A stretch of 63,402 bases of DNA from Coriobacteriia bacterium (GCA_025361505.1 JANYKZ010000052.1:1-63402), one strand, 5' to 3'; shown: positions 47,364 through 58,583, counted from the stretch's first letter. The notes: a model not told the origin generated them from the sequence alone. A program made the numbers and translations.

Positions 47364-47457
47364 CCCCGCCGCGCGGTCCGGACGCGGGGGAGCGTGGCCC
47401 CGAAGGGGACGACAACGACCGCACCACAACGACGGAACCGGGAAGCAGGCCGCAACC

Positions 47458-48471
47458 ATGCTCATCGTGATGAGGGACCACGCGTCCCCTGAGCAGATCC
47501 AGCACGTCGTCGACCATCTCCACGCGTCGGGCGCCGAGACCCACCTCTCCCAGGGCGAGGTCAAGACCGTCATCGGCGTCATCGGGGAGCGCGAGCTCAT
47601 CTACACCCTCGACATGGAGGGCTTCCCGGGGGTCTCCGAGGTCATCCGCGTCCTCAAGCCCTACAAGCTCGTCGGGCGCGACTTCCAGTCCGAGGACACC
47701 GTGGTCAGGGTGGGCAACGCGTCCGTGGGCGGCGGCGCGTTCGCCGTCATCGCCGGGCCGTGCTCGGTGGAGTCCGAGGACCAGATGATGACCGTCGCGA
47801 GCGCCGTGAAGGCCGCCGGCGCGACGATGTTGCGGGGCGGCGCGTACAAGCCGCGGTCGAGTCCGTACGCGTTCCAGGGTATGGGCCTCGACGGGCTGAA
47901 GCTGCTGCGCGCCGCCGGCGATTCCGCGGGCCTCCCCGTCGTCACCGAAGTCCTCGACGTCCGCGACGCCGAGACCGTGGCCGAGTGGGCCGACGTGCTC
48001 CAGGTCGGCGCGCGCAACATGCAGAACTTCATGATGCTCGAGGAACTCGGTCGTATGAACAGGCCGGTCCTGCTGAAGCGCGGGCTGTCCGCGACGATCG
48101 AGGAGGTCCTCTCGAGCGCGGAGTACATCCTCAAGGGCGGGAATCGCGACGTGATCCTGTGCGAGCGCGGCATCCGCACCTTCGAGACCTACACGCGCAA
48201 CACGCTCGACCTGGCCGCGGTCGCCGCGTTCAAGGTGCTCACGCACCTGCCCGTGATCGTCGACCCGTCGCACGCCACCGGCCGCCGCGACCTGATCGCG
48301 CCGATGTCCCGCGCCTCGGTCATGGCCGGCGCCGACGGCCTGATCATCGAGGTGCACCCCGACCCCGAGCACGCGCTGTGCGACGGGCCGCAGTCGCTCG
48401 ATATCCCGACCTTCGAGAAGCTCTCCTCGTCGCTGACGCCCCTGGTGGAGTTCGAGGGGAAGCACCGGTGA
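47458..48471 (+). CDS. aroF: 3-deoxy-7-phosphoheptulonate (DAHP) synthase, type I-beta with N-terminal ferredoxin-like regulatory domain
   Basis: 337 aa. N-terminal ~70-aa ACT/FL-like domain, then [30 protein letters not shown] and DPSHATGRR motifs. Confidence 0.85.
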   Translation: MLIVMRDHASPEQIQHVVDHLHASGAETHLSQGEVKTVIGVIGERELIYTLDMEGFPGVSEVIRVLKPYKLVGRDFQSEDTVVRVGNASVGGGAFAVIAGPCSVESEDQMMTVASAVKAAGATMLRGGAYKPRSSPYAFQGMGLDGLKLLRAAGDSAGLPVVTEVLDVRDAETVAEWADVLQVGARNMQNFMMLEELGRMNRPVLLKRGLSATIEEVLSSAEYILKGGNRDVILCERGIRTFETYTRNTLDLAAVAAFKVLTHLPVIVDPSHATGRRDLIAPMSRASVMAGADGLIIEVHPDPEHALCDGPQSLDIPTFEKLSSSLTPLVEFEGKHR

Positions 48472-49598
48472 CCCGGCCGTTCGACACCGTCGTCGTCGTC
48501 GGGATCGGCCTCATCGGAGGCTCGCTTGCGGCCGCCCTGCGCGCGCTGCCCGAGCCCCCGCGTGTGATCGGCGTGGACCCGGACGAGCGCACGCGCGCTC
48601 TCGCCCGCGAGCGCGCGATCGTTCACGACGCGGTCGCGCCGGCCGAGGCCGACACGGCGCTCATGGCGGCGGAGCTCGTCGTGCTGGCCACACCGGCGGG
48701 CGCGGCGGGTGAGTGGCTCGCGCGTCTGGGCCGCCTCGGGTACGCGGGCGTGGTCACCGACGTCGCCTCCACCAAGACGGGGATCACCGCCGACGCGGAG
48801 CGGTCGCTGGCCGACGATGCGACGTTCATCGGCGGTCACCCGATGGCCGGATCCGAGCGCAGCGGCATCGAGGCCGCCGACCCGGAGCTCTTCCGCGGCG
48901 CGTACTACGTGCTGTGCCCGTCCAACGACACGCCGATCGACGCATACAGCCGCCTGCATCAGCTCGTGACGTCGATCGGCGCGCGCGCCATCGCGATCTC
49001 GCCCGACGCGCACGACCGGGCCGTGGCGGCCATCAGCCACGCCCCGCACATCGCCGCCTCCGCGCTCACCAATCTGGCCGCCGAACGCGCCGGTGACGGC
49101 GAGGACGTGCTGCGTCTGGCCGCCGGCGGCTTCAAGGATATGACCCGCATCGCAGCCGGTTCGCCCGACCTGTGGGCCGGCATCTGTCTCGACAACAGAG
49201 ACGCCGTGATCGGCGCTCTGGGCGATCTGTCCGCGCAGCTCGGTTCGTTCTCGGCGCTGTTGGACGCGGGCGACCGCGCCGGCCTGCGCGAGTGGCTCGA
49301 CCGCGCGGCGCAGGTGCGCCGCGCGCTGCCCGCGCAGTGGGTGCCGGCGTCGGCCCGCCTCCGCGAGCTGACCGTGGCCATGACCGACCGCCCCGGCGCG
49401 GTGAGCGCCGTCACGCTGGCCGCCGCGCGCGCGCGGTGCAACGTCGAGGACATCGGCATCGACCACGTCACCGAGGACACCGCGCTGCTGCGCCTCGTGC
49501 TCACGGACGAGGGCGACGTCGACGCGCTCGTGAACGGGCTGCGGGCAGACGGCTTCGACGTGACGCTGGCGCCGCTCGACCCGGAGGCGCAGGCATGA
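48468..49598 (+). CDS. tyrA: Prephenate dehydrogenase with C-terminal ACT domain
   Basis: GTGA overlap. [17 protein letters not shown] Rossmann motif, [25 protein letters not shown]-like C-terminus. Confidence 0.85.
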   Translation: MTRPFDTVVVVGIGLIGGSLAAALRALPEPPRVIGVDPDERTRALARERAIVHDAVAPAEADTALMAAELVVLATPAGAAGEWLARLGRLGYAGVVTDVASTKTGITADAERSLADDATFIGGHPMAGSERSGIEAADPELFRGAYYVLCPSNDTPIDAYSRLHQLVTSIGARAIAISPDAHDRAVAAISHAPHIAASALTNLAAERAGDGEDVLRLAAGGFKDMTRIAAGSPDLWAGICLDNRDAVIGALGDLSAQLGSFSALLDAGDRAGLREWLDRAAQVRRALPAQWVPASARLRELTVAMTDRPGAVSAVTLAAARARCNVEDIGIDHVTEDTALLRLVLTDEGDVDALVNGLRADGFDVTLAPLDPEAQA

Positions 49599-50902
49599 TC
49601 CACACCGCGATGCCGGCCGAAGGACCGCTCGCCGGCACGGTCCGCGTGCCCGGCGACAAGTCGATCTCGCACCGCGCGGTCCTGTTCGCCGCGATGGCGG
49701 AGGGCACGAGCCGGCTGACCGGCGTGCTCGACTCGGCCGACGTCCGCTCGACCCTGAACGCCGTCGCTGCGCTGGGGGCCGTGGTCGACGTCTCGCGGGG
49801 TCACGGGCACGGGCTCGACGTGACGGTGACCGGCTGGGGCGAACGCGGCCCCCGGGAGCCCGACTCCTCGATCCACTGCGGCAACAGCGGGACCACGTGC
49901 CGGCTTCTGATGGGCGTGCTGGCCTCATGGCCGGGAACGTTCACGTTGGACGGCGACGACTCGCTGCGAAGGCGTCCGATGCTCCGGGTCACCGATCCGC
50001 TGACGCTCATGGGCGCGACCTTCGCGACCACGGAAGGACACCTCCCGGTCACGGTCAGCGGCGCCGCCCTGCGCGCCCTGCGCTACGAGTCGCCAGTCGC
50101 CAGTGCTCAGGTCAAGACCGCCATCCTCATCGCGGGACTCCGCGCGCAGGGAGTCACCACGGTCATCGAGCCCGCCCCGAGCCGCGACCACACCGAGCGG
50201 CTCCTGCCTGCCTTCGGGGTCGGGGTCGGCCGCGACGCCGGTTCCCGCGCGTGCTGGGTCGAGGGGCCCGAGGCGTTGCAGGCCAGCGATGTCAGCATTC
50301 CCGCCGACCCGTCCTCCGCGGCGTTCATCGCGGGTGCCGCGGTGGTGGTCGCGGACAGCCGGGTCCGCATGACTAGCGTCGCCCTCAACCCGACGCGCAC
50401 GGGCTTCCTGCGCGTGCTCGAGCGCATGGGCGCGGACGTGGAGACGGTCGTGGGGAACGCCACCGGCGCCGAGCCCACCGGCACGGTGATCGTCGGCTAC
50501 GCCGTTGGCCTGCACGGAACGACGGTGCGGGCCGACGAGATCGCGTCTCTGGTGGACGAGGTCCCGCTGCTCGCCGTAGTCGCCTGCGCCGCGACCGGCG
50601 TCACGCGCTTCGACGGCGTCTCGGAGCTGCGCGTGAAGGAGTCCGACCGCCTGGCCGCGATCGCGGACGGGCTGACCGCCCTCGGGGCGACCGTCCGCGC
50701 CGGCGAGGACTGGCTCGAGGTCGACGGTCCGGCTCGGCTCCATGGCGCGCGCCTCTCGAGCCTGGACGACCACCGCTTGGCCATGGCGTGGGCGGTAGCC
50801 GCGCTGACGGCCGACGGCCCCGTCGAGATCGAGCCCTGGGAGGCGGTCGACGTCTCCTACCCGTCGTTCGCGGAGGACCTGGCCTCGCTCGGCGCACGCT
50901 AG
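49595..50902 (+). CDS. aroA: 3-phosphoshikimate 1-carboxyvinyltransferase (EPSP synthase)
   Basis: ATGA overlap. [40 protein letters not shown] and DHRLAMA motifs. Confidence 0.92.
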   Translation: MIHTAMPAEGPLAGTVRVPGDKSISHRAVLFAAMAEGTSRLTGVLDSADVRSTLNAVAALGAVVDVSRGHGHGLDVTVTGWGERGPREPDSSIHCGNSGTTCRLLMGVLASWPGTFTLDGDDSLRRRPMLRVTDPLTLMGATFATTEGHLPVTVSGAALRALRYESPVASAQVKTAILIAGLRAQGVTTVIEPAPSRDHTERLLPAFGVGVGRDAGSRACWVEGPEALQASDVSIPADPSSAAFIAGAAVVVADSRVRMTSVALNPTRTGFLRVLERMGADVETVVGNATGAEPTGTVIVGYAVGLHGTTVRADEIASLVDEVPLLAVVACAATGVTRFDGVSELRVKESDRLAAIADGLTALGATVRAGEDWLEVDGPARLHGARLSSLDDHRLAMAWAVAALTADGPVEIEPWEAVDVSYPSFAEDLASLGAR

Positions 50903-50978
50903 GCTCCCGTCGGTCAGGCACGGCGTCTGCTACCCTTCTCAGCGGAGTCGAAGCACCACGTCCGAAGGAGCCCCGCGC

Positions 50979-51650
50979 ATGATCGTTGCCATCGACGGCC
51001 CCGCGGCCTCCGGCAAGTCCACCGTCGCCAAGCTTCTGGCCACACGGCTCGGCATGGCGTACCTCGACACGGGCGCGATGTACCGCGCCCTGGCCGTCGA
51101 GGCGCTGGAGCGCGGAGTGCACCTCTCCGACGCGGACGCGCTCACGGCGCTCGCTCACGAGGTCGAGGTCTCCTTCGAGCACGAGTCCGGGTCTCCGCTG
51201 CCGACCAGGGTGTTCGTCGACGGGCGCGACGTGACCCGCGAGATCCGCACGCCCGAGGCCGATTCCGCTGTGAGCCCCGTGTCCGCCGTCGCCGGCGTCA
51301 GGGCGGCCATGGTCGACCAGCAGCGCCGCATCGCGCGGGCGCCGCTCCACACGGTGCTCGAGGGGCGCGACATCGGAACGGTCGTCTTCCCGGACGCGGA
51401 CGTGAAGGTCTTCCTCACCGCGGCCACCCACGAACGCGCGCGCCGTCGCACCATCGACATGCTCCACCGAGGGCTGCCCATGACCCAGGAGGACGTGCAG
51501 GCCCGTCTCGAGTCCCGCGACCTCTACGACACGACACGCGAGGCCTCGCCTCTCATGTGCGCACCGGACGCCTTCGAGATCGACACCACCGGCATGACCA
51601 TCGACGAGGTCGTCGACGCCATCATCGGCCTTGTGGAGGCGCGCCGGTGA
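50979..51650 (+). CDS. cmk: Cytidylate kinase
   Basis: IVAIDGPAASGKSTVAKLLA..YLDTGAMYRA is the canonical Cmk N-terminus. Confidence 0.92.
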   Translation: MIVAIDGPAASGKSTVAKLLATRLGMAYLDTGAMYRALAVEALERGVHLSDADALTALAHEVEVSFEHESGSPLPTRVFVDGRDVTREIRTPEADSAVSPVSAVAGVRAAMVDQQRRIARAPLHTVLEGRDIGTVVFPDADVKVFLTAATHERARRRTIDMLHRGLPMTQEDVQARLESRDLYDTTREASPLMCAPDAFEIDTTGMTIDEVVDAIIGLVEARR

Positions 51651-52300
51651 GCCGCGTGCCGAACCCGCCGCACAACTTCTGGGTGGCGCACACGGTGCGG
51701 GCCACGCTCGGCGCGTTGCTGGCCACGCTGTTCCGCACGCAGGTCGTCGGGCGCGAGAACCTGCCCGCGACCGGGGGAGTCATCCTCGCGGGCAACCACA
51801 TCTCCTACGGCGACCCGATCCTTCTGTGGTGCCGCTCGCCGAGGCCCGTGCACTTCATGGCGAAGATCGAGCTGTGGGACAGCGGCTTCCTCGGGTGGTG
51901 CCTCGACACGTTCTGGGCATTCCCGATCCATCGGGGTGCCTCGGACCGCGCGGCGCTGGCGAAGGCGAGCGCGTACCTCAAGGCCGGTGACGCCGTGGGT
52001 ATCTTCCCTGAAGGCACCCGAAACATCGACGGCGACGCCGAGGCGCAGGGCGGCGCCGCGTTCCTCGCGATGCGCAACGAGGTCCCGGTCGTCCCCGTCG
52101 GGTTGGCCGGCACCGACCGGATCAAGCCGCCCGGCAGCAAGGGCATCCAGTTCCCGAAGGTCGTGATCTCCTTCGGGAGGCCGATCGATCCCGCCGCGTT
52201 CGAAGGCGGGCGCAAGGAGCGCGTGGAGGCCATCACGGTCGAGACCATGCGCAGGATCGGCGAAGAGGTCGCGCGCGCACGAGAGGTGGCGGGACAGTGA
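51647..52300 (+). CDS. plsC: 1-acyl-sn-glycerol-3-phosphate acyltransferase
   Basis: GTGA overlap. NHISYGDP (HX4D block) and IFPEGTR block. Confidence 0.85.
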   Translation: MSRVPNPPHNFWVAHTVRATLGALLATLFRTQVVGRENLPATGGVILAGNHISYGDPILLWCRSPRPVHFMAKIELWDSGFLGWCLDTFWAFPIHRGASDRAALAKASAYLKAGDAVGIFPEGTRNIDGDAEAQGGAAFLAMRNEVPVVPVGLAGTDRIKPPGSKGIQFPKVVISFGRPIDPAAFEGGRKERVEAITVETMRRIGEEVARAREVAGQ

Positions 52301-53145
52301 AGGTGACGGTCGCACGGCACGCCGGCATCTGCTACGGCGTCGAGCGCGCCCTCAAGCTCGCCGACGAGGCCGCGGCCACCGGTCGCACCGTTCACACGCT
52401 CGGCCCCCTGATCCACAACCCCCAGGCCGTCGATGCGCTCAGGGCGCGCGGCGTCGGCGTGGCCGCCAGCCTCGATGAGGCGGACGAGGGCATCCTGGTC
52501 ATCCGGTCGCACGGGGTCGACCCGGCGATCATCGAGGCCGCTCGCGAGAAGGGCCTCGACGTCATCGACGCGACCTGCCCGTTCGTCTCGAGCGCTCAGC
52601 AGGCGGCGGCGCAGCTCAAGGCCGACGGCTACACGGTCGTCATAGTCGGCGAGGCCGATCACCCCGAGGTCGAAGGGATCGTCGGGCTCACAGGAGGCGA
52701 CGCGCTGGTCGTGGAGGAGGTCACCGACATCCCGGAGCGGCTGCCTTCAAGGCGCGTCGGCATCGTCGTGCAGACCACCCAGACACTCGAGCGCCTCAAC
52801 GAGGTCGTGGCGGCGCTGCTCCCGCGTGTCAGCGAGCTCAAGGTCCACAACACGATCTGTTCCGCCACGGGCAAGAACCAGCGCAGCGCGCAGGACCTGG
52901 CGCGCACCGTCGATGCGATGGTCGTCGTCGGCGGCCACAACTCGGGCAACACCTCGCGCCTTGCCGAGATCTGTCGCGCCGTGAACCCGAGGGTTCACCT
53001 GGTCGAGACGGCCGACGAACTCGACCCTGCGTGGTTCAAGGGCGTCCGCACGGTGGGCGTCAGCGCCGGCGCGTCGACGCCGGACAAGCAGATGGCCGGA
53101 GTGGTCGGGGCGATCGAGGCGATGTCGGATGACGTATCCGACTGA
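52297..53145 (+). CDS. ispH: 4-hydroxy-3-methylbut-2-enyl diphosphate reductase
   Basis: GTGA overlap. AGICYGVERAL, GPLIHNPQ, DATCPFV, HNTICSAT and VVGGHNSGNTSRL motifs. Confidence 0.92.
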   Translation: MKVTVARHAGICYGVERALKLADEAAATGRTVHTLGPLIHNPQAVDALRARGVGVAASLDEADEGILVIRSHGVDPAIIEAAREKGLDVIDATCPFVSSAQQAAAQLKADGYTVVIVGEADHPEVEGIVGLTGGDALVVEEVTDIPERLPSRRVGIVVQTTQTLERLNEVVAALLPRVSELKVHNTICSATGKNQRSAQDLARTVDAMVVVGGHNSGNTSRLAEICRAVNPRVHLVETADELDPAWFKGVRTVGVSAGASTPDKQMAGVVGAIEAMSDDVSD

Positions 53146-54487
53146 GGCGCCGCCCGCGGGGCCCGGAGGCCGCGTCGTCTCGGTCGAGCCGGGCGGTCCC
53201 GCTGCGCGCGCGGGCCTGCACCCCGGCGACGTACTGGTCTCCGCCGACGGCGAGCCGCTGCGCGACGTCATCGACTGGATGTGGGTCGCCGACGCAGGCA
53301 GCGTCGAGGTCGGCGTCCGGGACGCGCGCGGCGTTGAGAGAGAGGTCACGCTCGAGCGCGAGTGGGACGAACAGTGGGGCTTCGAGTTCGAAGGCGTGGT
53401 CTTCGACGGCGTGCGCGAGTGCGACAACGCCTGCTCGTTCTGCTTCGTCGCCCAGCTCCCGCCCGGGATGCGACCGTCGCTCTACGTCCGCGACGACGAC
53501 TTCCGGCTCTCGTTCCTGACGGGGAACTTCGTCACCCTCACGAACCTCGACGACGCGGACGTCGACCGCATCATCGAGCAGCGGTTGAGCCCGATGCACG
53601 TCTCGCTGCACGCCGTGGACGAGGATGTGCGCCGGCGGCTGATGTGCCCGACGGCCGACGACCGCGCGCTCGAGTTCACCGACCGCCTACTCGACGCGGG
53701 GATCTCCGTCCACGTCCAGATCGTCCTGGTGCCCGGCGTCAACGACGGCGAGGTGCTCGATCGCTCGCTCGCGTGGCTCGCCGAGCGCGAGGGCGTCGAG
53801 TCGGTCGGTATCGTCCCGGTGGGGATGACGCGGTACCAGACGCGGATCTCGGCGGGGTACGACACCCCCGAGGCCGCCGCGGCCGTGCTCGCCCAGCTCG
53901 AGCCGTGGCGCGCCCGCATGCGAGCCGAACGCGAGCTGTCGTGGGTGCACGCCGCCGACGAGTTCCACCTGCAGGCCGGCGCCGAGTTGCCCGCCTGGGA
54001 CGACTACGACGGCTTCCCGCAGTTCGAGAACGGCATCGGGATGGTGCGCGCGTTCATCGACGAGGCGGGGGAGGAGCTCGACGAGCTTGGGCCCCGGAAG
54101 GCTCCGCTCCCTCCGGACGCGCCGCGCGTCACGCTCGTGACGGGCACGTTCTTCGCGCCCGTACTGGAAGCGCTCGCTCCCGGGATCGCGCGAGCGGGAT
54201 GCGTCGTCTCCGTGCTGGCGGTCGCGAACGACCTCCTCGGAGGCAACGTCGGCGTGGCGGGCCTGCTCGGCGGGGCGGACATCGCGAGGGCGGTCGCGGC
54301 GCACGCAGGGGAAGCCGACGTCTTCCTGGTCCCCGACCTCGCGATCAACGATGACGGCCTGTTCCTCGACGACCTGACGATCGCCGACGTCGCCGCTCAG
54401 GCGGGTGCGGACGTGCGTCTGCTATCATGCGACGCCGCGGGGCTCGTCTCCGCACTCTTAGAACTGTCCACACCCAAGAGCGGGTGA
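53129..54487 (+). CDS. PDZ + DUF512 (radical-SAM-like Fe-S) protein
   Basis: N-terminal PDZ (GGPAARAGLHPGDVLVSADGEPL), then CDNACSFCFV cysteine triad and LSFLTGNFVTLTNL. The position upstream of der is conserved in many Gram-positive genomes. Confidence 0.8.
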   Translation: MTYPTEAPPAGPGGRVVSVEPGGPAARAGLHPGDVLVSADGEPLRDVIDWMWVADAGSVEVGVRDARGVEREVTLEREWDEQWGFEFEGVVFDGVRECDNACSFCFVAQLPPGMRPSLYVRDDDFRLSFLTGNFVTLTNLDDADVDRIIEQRLSPMHVSLHAVDEDVRRRLMCPTADDRALEFTDRLLDAGISVHVQIVLVPGVNDGEVLDRSLAWLAEREGVESVGIVPVGMTRYQTRISAGYDTPEAAAAVLAQLEPWRARMRAERELSWVHAADEFHLQAGAELPAWDDYDGFPQFENGIGMVRAFIDEAGEELDELGPRKAPLPPDAPRVTLVTGTFFAPVLEALAPGIARAGCVVSVLAVANDLLGGNVGVAGLLGGADIARAVAAHAGEADVFLVPDLAINDDGLFLDDLTIADVAAQAGADVRLLSCDAAGLVSALLELSTPKSG

Positions 54488-54492
54488 TCCTC

Positions 54493-55800
54493 ATGTCTCT
54501 CCCCATCGTGGCCGTCGTCGGCCGCCCCAACGTCGGAAAGTCGACGCTCGTCAACCGTCTCGTGCAGGGCTCGGACGCCATCGTCCACGCCATGCGCGGA
54601 GTGACCCGCGACCGCAGCTACCACCGCACCGACTGGAACGGCCGCGAGTTCGTCCTCATCGACACGGGCGGCATCGAGCTCATCAGCGATGATGCGTTCG
54701 GCGAGTCGATCCGCAAGCAGGCAATCATGGCCGCCGAGGAGGCCGACGCGATCCTGTTCGTCGTCGACGGGCAGGCCGGCATCACCTCGGGTGACGAGGA
54801 CGTCGCCCGCATCCTGCAGCGCAGCGACCGGCCGGTCTTCCTGGTGGTCAACAAGTCCGACAACCCCGGCAACTCCAACGACTCCTTCGAGTTCTGGAAC
54901 CTCGGCATCGGCGAGCCCTGGGCCATCTCGGCGCTCCACGGCCACGGGACCGGCGACCTGCTCGACGACCTCGTCAAGGCGCTTCCCGAGGCCGAGCCCG
55001 AGCCCGAGACGTCCGAGATCGGCATCGCCATCATCGGTCGGCCGAACGCCGGAAAGTCCTCGATCTACAACCGGCTCATCGGGGCCGAACGCTCGATCGT
55101 GAGCGGTATCGCGGGCACGACGCGCGACTCAATCGACACGGTCATCGAGCGCGACGGCAAGCACTACCGCCTCGTCGACACCGCCGGCCTTCGCCGGCAG
55201 TCCAAGATCGACGAGTCGGTCGAGTACTACAGCTTCGTGCGCGCCATGCGCGCGATCGACCGCGCCCAGGTCGCCCTTCTCATCGTGGACGCCTCCATCG
55301 GCATCACCGACGGCGACCAGCGCGTCGCCCGCTTCGCCGAGGAGCGCGGATGCGCCATCGTCGTGGTCCTGAACAAGTGGGACCTGCTCCCCGACGACGA
55401 CGCCCGCGAGGCGGTCGAGGAGGACATGCCGCGCAAGCTCGGGTTCATCGACTACGCGCCGATGATCCGCACGTCGGCGCTGACGGGGCGCGGGATCGCC
55501 AAGCTCTACGACCTCGTGGACCTCGTCTACGGCAACTACATGCAGTCGGTGTCGACCAGCAAGCTGAACCGCTTCCTCGCCGACCTCCGCGAGACCGGGC
55601 ACACCATCTCGCGCAGCGGCTCCCAGCTCCGCGTCAAGTACGGCACGCAGACGCGCCAGGGTCCTCCGGGCTTCACGTTCTTCGCGAACCACCCCAAGCT
55701 CGTCGACGAGAACTTCCGTCGCTACATGGAGAACCGCATGCGTGAGGCGTTCGACTTCACGGGGACCCCGGTGACCCTGAAGTTCCGGCAGAAGGACTAG
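54493..55800 (+). CDS. der: Ribosome biogenesis GTPase Der (EngA)
   Basis: Two G domains (GRPNVGKSTLVNR; GRPNAGKSSIYNR; DTGG/DTAG; NKSD/NKWD) and a KH-like C-terminus. Confidence 0.95.
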   Translation: MSLPIVAVVGRPNVGKSTLVNRLVQGSDAIVHAMRGVTRDRSYHRTDWNGREFVLIDTGGIELISDDAFGESIRKQAIMAAEEADAILFVVDGQAGITSGDEDVARILQRSDRPVFLVVNKSDNPGNSNDSFEFWNLGIGEPWAISALHGHGTGDLLDDLVKALPEAEPEPETSEIGIAIIGRPNAGKSSIYNRLIGAERSIVSGIAGTTRDSIDTVIERDGKHYRLVDTAGLRRQSKIDESVEYYSFVRAMRAIDRAQVALLIVDASIGITDGDQRVARFAEERGCAIVVVLNKWDLLPDDDAREAVEEDMPRKLGFIDYAPMIRTSALTGRGIAKLYDLVDLVYGNYMQSVSTSKLNRFLADLRETGHTISRSGSQLRVKYGTQTRQGPPGFTFFANHPKLVDENFRRYMENRMREAFDFTGTPVTLKFRQKD

Positions 55801-55806
55801 GTCGCG

Positions 55807-56475
55807 ATGGCCGTCACCGTCTTCCGGGTCGTCCTCGCGATCACGTTCGCCTACTTCCTCGGCGGCATCCCCTTCGGGGTCGTCGTTGCGAGGCGCCTGC
55901 ACGGCGTGGACATCACCCAGCTCGGCTCCGGCAACACCGGGGCCACGAACGTCTTTCGGACGCTCGGGTGGCGTCCCGCGCTCATCGTCGCCGTCCTCGA
56001 CGTGGCGAAGGGCGCCATCGCCGCGATCTTCGCCCTGCTCCTGCTGCCGCCCGCGCTCTTCGGACCGAACCTCAGCGACCTGTTCGTGATCGTCGCCGGC
56101 GCCTCGGCCATGGCAGGGCACATGTTCTCTCCGTACTTCCGCCTCCGCGGCGGCAAGGGCGTCGCGACGGCGGCCGGGGCCATCCTCGTCCTCATGCCCG
56201 CGACGTTCCTGGTCCTGCTGGTGGTGTTCGTGGGGCTCATCCTCACCACCCGGATCGTGTCCGTGGCCTCGATCGTGACGGCCTTCGTCTTCCCGGTCGC
56301 GATCGCCGTGCTCTACCACGGCCAGGACCGCCCGATCCTCTTCGTCTTCGCGTTGATCGCCATACCGCTCGTTGTGTGGTCGCACCGAGCGAACATCGGG
56401 CGGATCCTCCGTCGCGAGGAACCGAGGATTACCATGGGACGCGCAGGCGCCTCGCACGGGAAGGACGGATCGTGA
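55807..56475 (+). CDS. plsY: Glycerol-3-phosphate acyltransferase PlsY
   Basis: YFLGGIPFG, GSGNTGATNVFR and GGKGVATAAG motifs. Confidence 0.92.
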   Translation: MAVTVFRVVLAITFAYFLGGIPFGVVVARRLHGVDITQLGSGNTGATNVFRTLGWRPALIVAVLDVAKGAIAAIFALLLLPPALFGPNLSDLFVIVAGASAMAGHMFSPYFRLRGGKGVATAAGAILVLMPATFLVLLVVFVGLILTTRIVSVASIVTAFVFPVAIAVLYHGQDRPILFVFALIAIPLVVWSHRANIGRILRREEPRITMGRAGASHGKDGS

Positions 56476-57491
56476 GCAAGGTCGCAGTCATCGGAGCGGG
56501 ATCCTGGGGGACCTCCGTCTCGTGGCTTCTCGGCGGCAAGGGCCATGAGGTCTCCCTGTGGGCCCGCGAGCCCGAGATCGCCGAGGGCATCAACACCACG
56601 AGGCACAACCCGCAGTTCATGACCGACGTCGTCCTGCCCCCGAGCGTGTTCTCCACGCACGAGATCGGGTTGGCGCTGGAGGGCGCCGAAGCGGTCGTCA
56701 TGGTGACGCCGAGCGTCGGCGTGCGGACGACCGCCGAGGCCATGAAGCCGTTCCTCGGTGAGGACGTCCCCGTCATCATCCTCAGCAAGGGCGTCGAGAA
56801 CGTGACACTGATGCTCATGACCGAGGTCCTCGAGGATGTCCTTGGCAACCGGGGCCGCCTCGCCGGTCTCTCCGGCCCGAACCACGCCGAAGAGGTGGGG
56901 AAGGGGATCCCGTCCGCCACCGTCGTGGCCGCGTACGACGATCGTGTCGGCCGCGTGTTCCAGGACCTCTTCATGACCCGCTTCTTCCGCGTCTACACCA
57001 ACCCGGACGTCGTCGGCGTCGAGCTGTGCGGCGCGAGCAAGAACGTGATCGCGGTCGGGGCCGGCATGTGCGACGGCGTGGGCTACGGAGACAACACCAA
57101 GGCCACGTTGATGACGCGAGGGCTGGCCGAGATGAGCCGCCTGGGTCACGCCATGGGCGCCAACCCGCTCACCTACATGGGCCTCGCCGGCGTCGGTGAC
57201 CTCATCGCCACCTGCACCTCGCGCAACTCCCGCAACCGCGCGCTCGGAGAGTTCATGGGCCGCGGCGGCACCCTCGATGGGTTCCGCGCGCAGACCAACA
57301 TGGTCGCCGAGGGCGCGTTCGCCTGCATCGCGGTCGAGGAGCTCGGCAAGCGTCTCGGCATCGAGCTTCCCATCACGCGACAGGTCCGCGCGGTCCTCTA
57401 CGAGGGAAGCTCGCTCGCCGACGGCGAGGATGCCCTGCTGGGCCGCGCCGCCCGCGACGAGCTCCACGGACTCGGCCTCGTCGACGACTGA
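56472..57491 (+). CDS. gpsA: NAD(P)H-dependent glycerol-3-phosphate dehydrogenase
   Basis: GTGA overlap. VAVIGAGSWGT, GPNHAEEV and GASKNVIAVGAGM motifs. Confidence 0.92.
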   Translation: MSKVAVIGAGSWGTSVSWLLGGKGHEVSLWAREPEIAEGINTTRHNPQFMTDVVLPPSVFSTHEIGLALEGAEAVVMVTPSVGVRTTAEAMKPFLGEDVPVIILSKGVENVTLMLMTEVLEDVLGNRGRLAGLSGPNHAEEVGKGIPSATVVAAYDDRVGRVFQDLFMTRFFRVYTNPDVVGVELCGASKNVIAVGAGMCDGVGYGDNTKATLMTRGLAEMSRLGHAMGANPLTYMGLAGVGDLIATCTSRNSRNRALGEFMGRGGTLDGFRAQTNMVAEGAFACIAVEELGKRLGIELPITRQVRAVLYEGSSLADGEDALLGRAARDELHGLGLVDD

Positions 57492-57524
57492 CGCCGTCAC
57501 CGACCGCACGCGAAGGAGACGCTC

Positions 57525-58205
57525 GTGACCGATCGCATCCTGATGTCGCCCTCGCTGCTGTCGGCGGACTTCACCCGGCTTGCCGAGGCGGTGACGCTGG
57601 TCGAGGCCGCCGGAGCCGACTTCCTGCACGTCGACGTCATGGACGGCCACTTCGTCCCGAACCTCACGATCGGCCCCCCGGTCATCCGGGCGCTGAAGCG
57701 TGTCGCAACCCGCCCCCTCGACGTACATCTCATGATCGACGACGCCGACACGACCGTGGAGTGGTACCTCCAGGCCGGCGCCGACTGGGTGACCGTTCAC
57801 GCCGAAGCCTGCGACCACCTGCACCGCATCGTGCAGCGCATCCACGCGGCCGGAGCGAAGGCCGGCGTCGCGCTCAACCCCGCCACCCCCGCGTCGGTCC
57901 TCGAGGAGATCCTGCCGGAGCTCGACCTCGTGCTCGTCATGAGCGTGAACCCCGGGTTCGGCGGCCAGGCGTTCATCCCGTCGGCGGCGCCGAAGGTCGC
58001 CGCGATCGCCGCGATGATCGCCGCATGCGGCTCCCGCGCACTGATCGAGGTCGACGGCGGCATCGACGAGACGACCGCCCCTCTGGTCACGGCCGCCGGC
58101 GCGCGCGTGCTCGTCGCGGGCAACGCGGTCTTCGGACGTCCGGACCCGTCGGCGGCCCTCGCCGCGATCCGGGCCGCGGGACAGGCTGCGCTACCCCGTG
58201 GCTGA
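57525..58205 (+). CDS. rpe: Ribulose-phosphate 3-epimerase
   Basis: GTG after GAAGGAG. PSLLSADF, HVDVMDGHFVPN, MSVNPGFGGQ and VDGGI motifs. Confidence 0.92.
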   Translation: MTDRILMSPSLLSADFTRLAEAVTLVEAAGADFLHVDVMDGHFVPNLTIGPPVIRALKRVATRPLDVHLMIDDADTTVEWYLQAGADWVTVHAEACDHLHRIVQRIHAAGAKAGVALNPATPASVLEEILPELDLVLVMSVNPGFGGQAFIPSAAPKVAAIAAMIAACGSRALIEVDGGIDETTAPLVTAAGARVLVAGNAVFGRPDPSAALAAIRAAGQAALPRG

Positions 58206-58419
58206 CCTCGGCAACGGCCTGCGCAACCTGAGCGACCGGTTCCTGTCGCCACGCGGCGCCAGACGCTACACCACGAACCGGCTCGAGAAGCGCACCGCTA
58301 TGGCGCGTCAGAGCTGGCCCGAGTTCTGGCGCGACCTCGGGATGCGCTTCCTCGTCGCGATCGCGGCCGTCCTCTTCGTCGTGCTGCTGATCTGGCTGCT
58401 CGGGCTCTTCGTCCACTGA
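58198..58419 (+). CDS. Possible small C-terminally anchored membrane protein (weak call)
   Basis: 73-aa ORF overlapping the rpe end by 8 nt. C-terminal TM MRFLVAIAAVLFVVLLIWLLGLFV. Alternative ATG at 58300. No RBS or homology evidence. Confidence 0.3.
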   Translation: MADLGNGLRNLSDRFLSPRGARRYTTNRLEKRTAMARQSWPEFWRDLGMRFLVAIAAVLFVVLLIWLLGLFVH

Positions 58420-58451
58420 TGGCGGCGCCGGCAGCTTCCTGCTAGAATCGC

Positions 58452-58578
58452 GGCACGTTCTTCAGGGCGGGGTGAGATTCCCCACCGGCGGTGAAAGCCC
58501 GCGAACCCCTCGCGAGAGGGGCCGACCCGGTGAGATCCCGGGGCCGACGGTAGAGTCCGGATGGAAGAAGAAGGTTCT
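58452..58578 (+). promoter_or_regulatory. FMN riboswitch (RFN element)
   Basis: TTCTTCAGGGCGGGGTGAGATTCCCCACCGGCGGTGAAAGCCCGCGA...CCGGTGAGATCCCGGGGCCGACGGTAGAGTCCGGATGGAAGAAGAAG matches the RFN consensus. It sits directly upstream of ribD (ATG 58584). TAGAAT -10-like hexamer at 58442-58447. Confidence 0.9.
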
Positions 58579-58583
58579 GCACG

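Noticed and set aside
47364-47457. Possible attenuator or leader hairpin (CCCCGC...GCGGGG) upstream of aroF.
   Set aside because: The stem is short with a large loop, and there is no leader peptide with aromatic codons and no U-tract. The evidence is insufficient.
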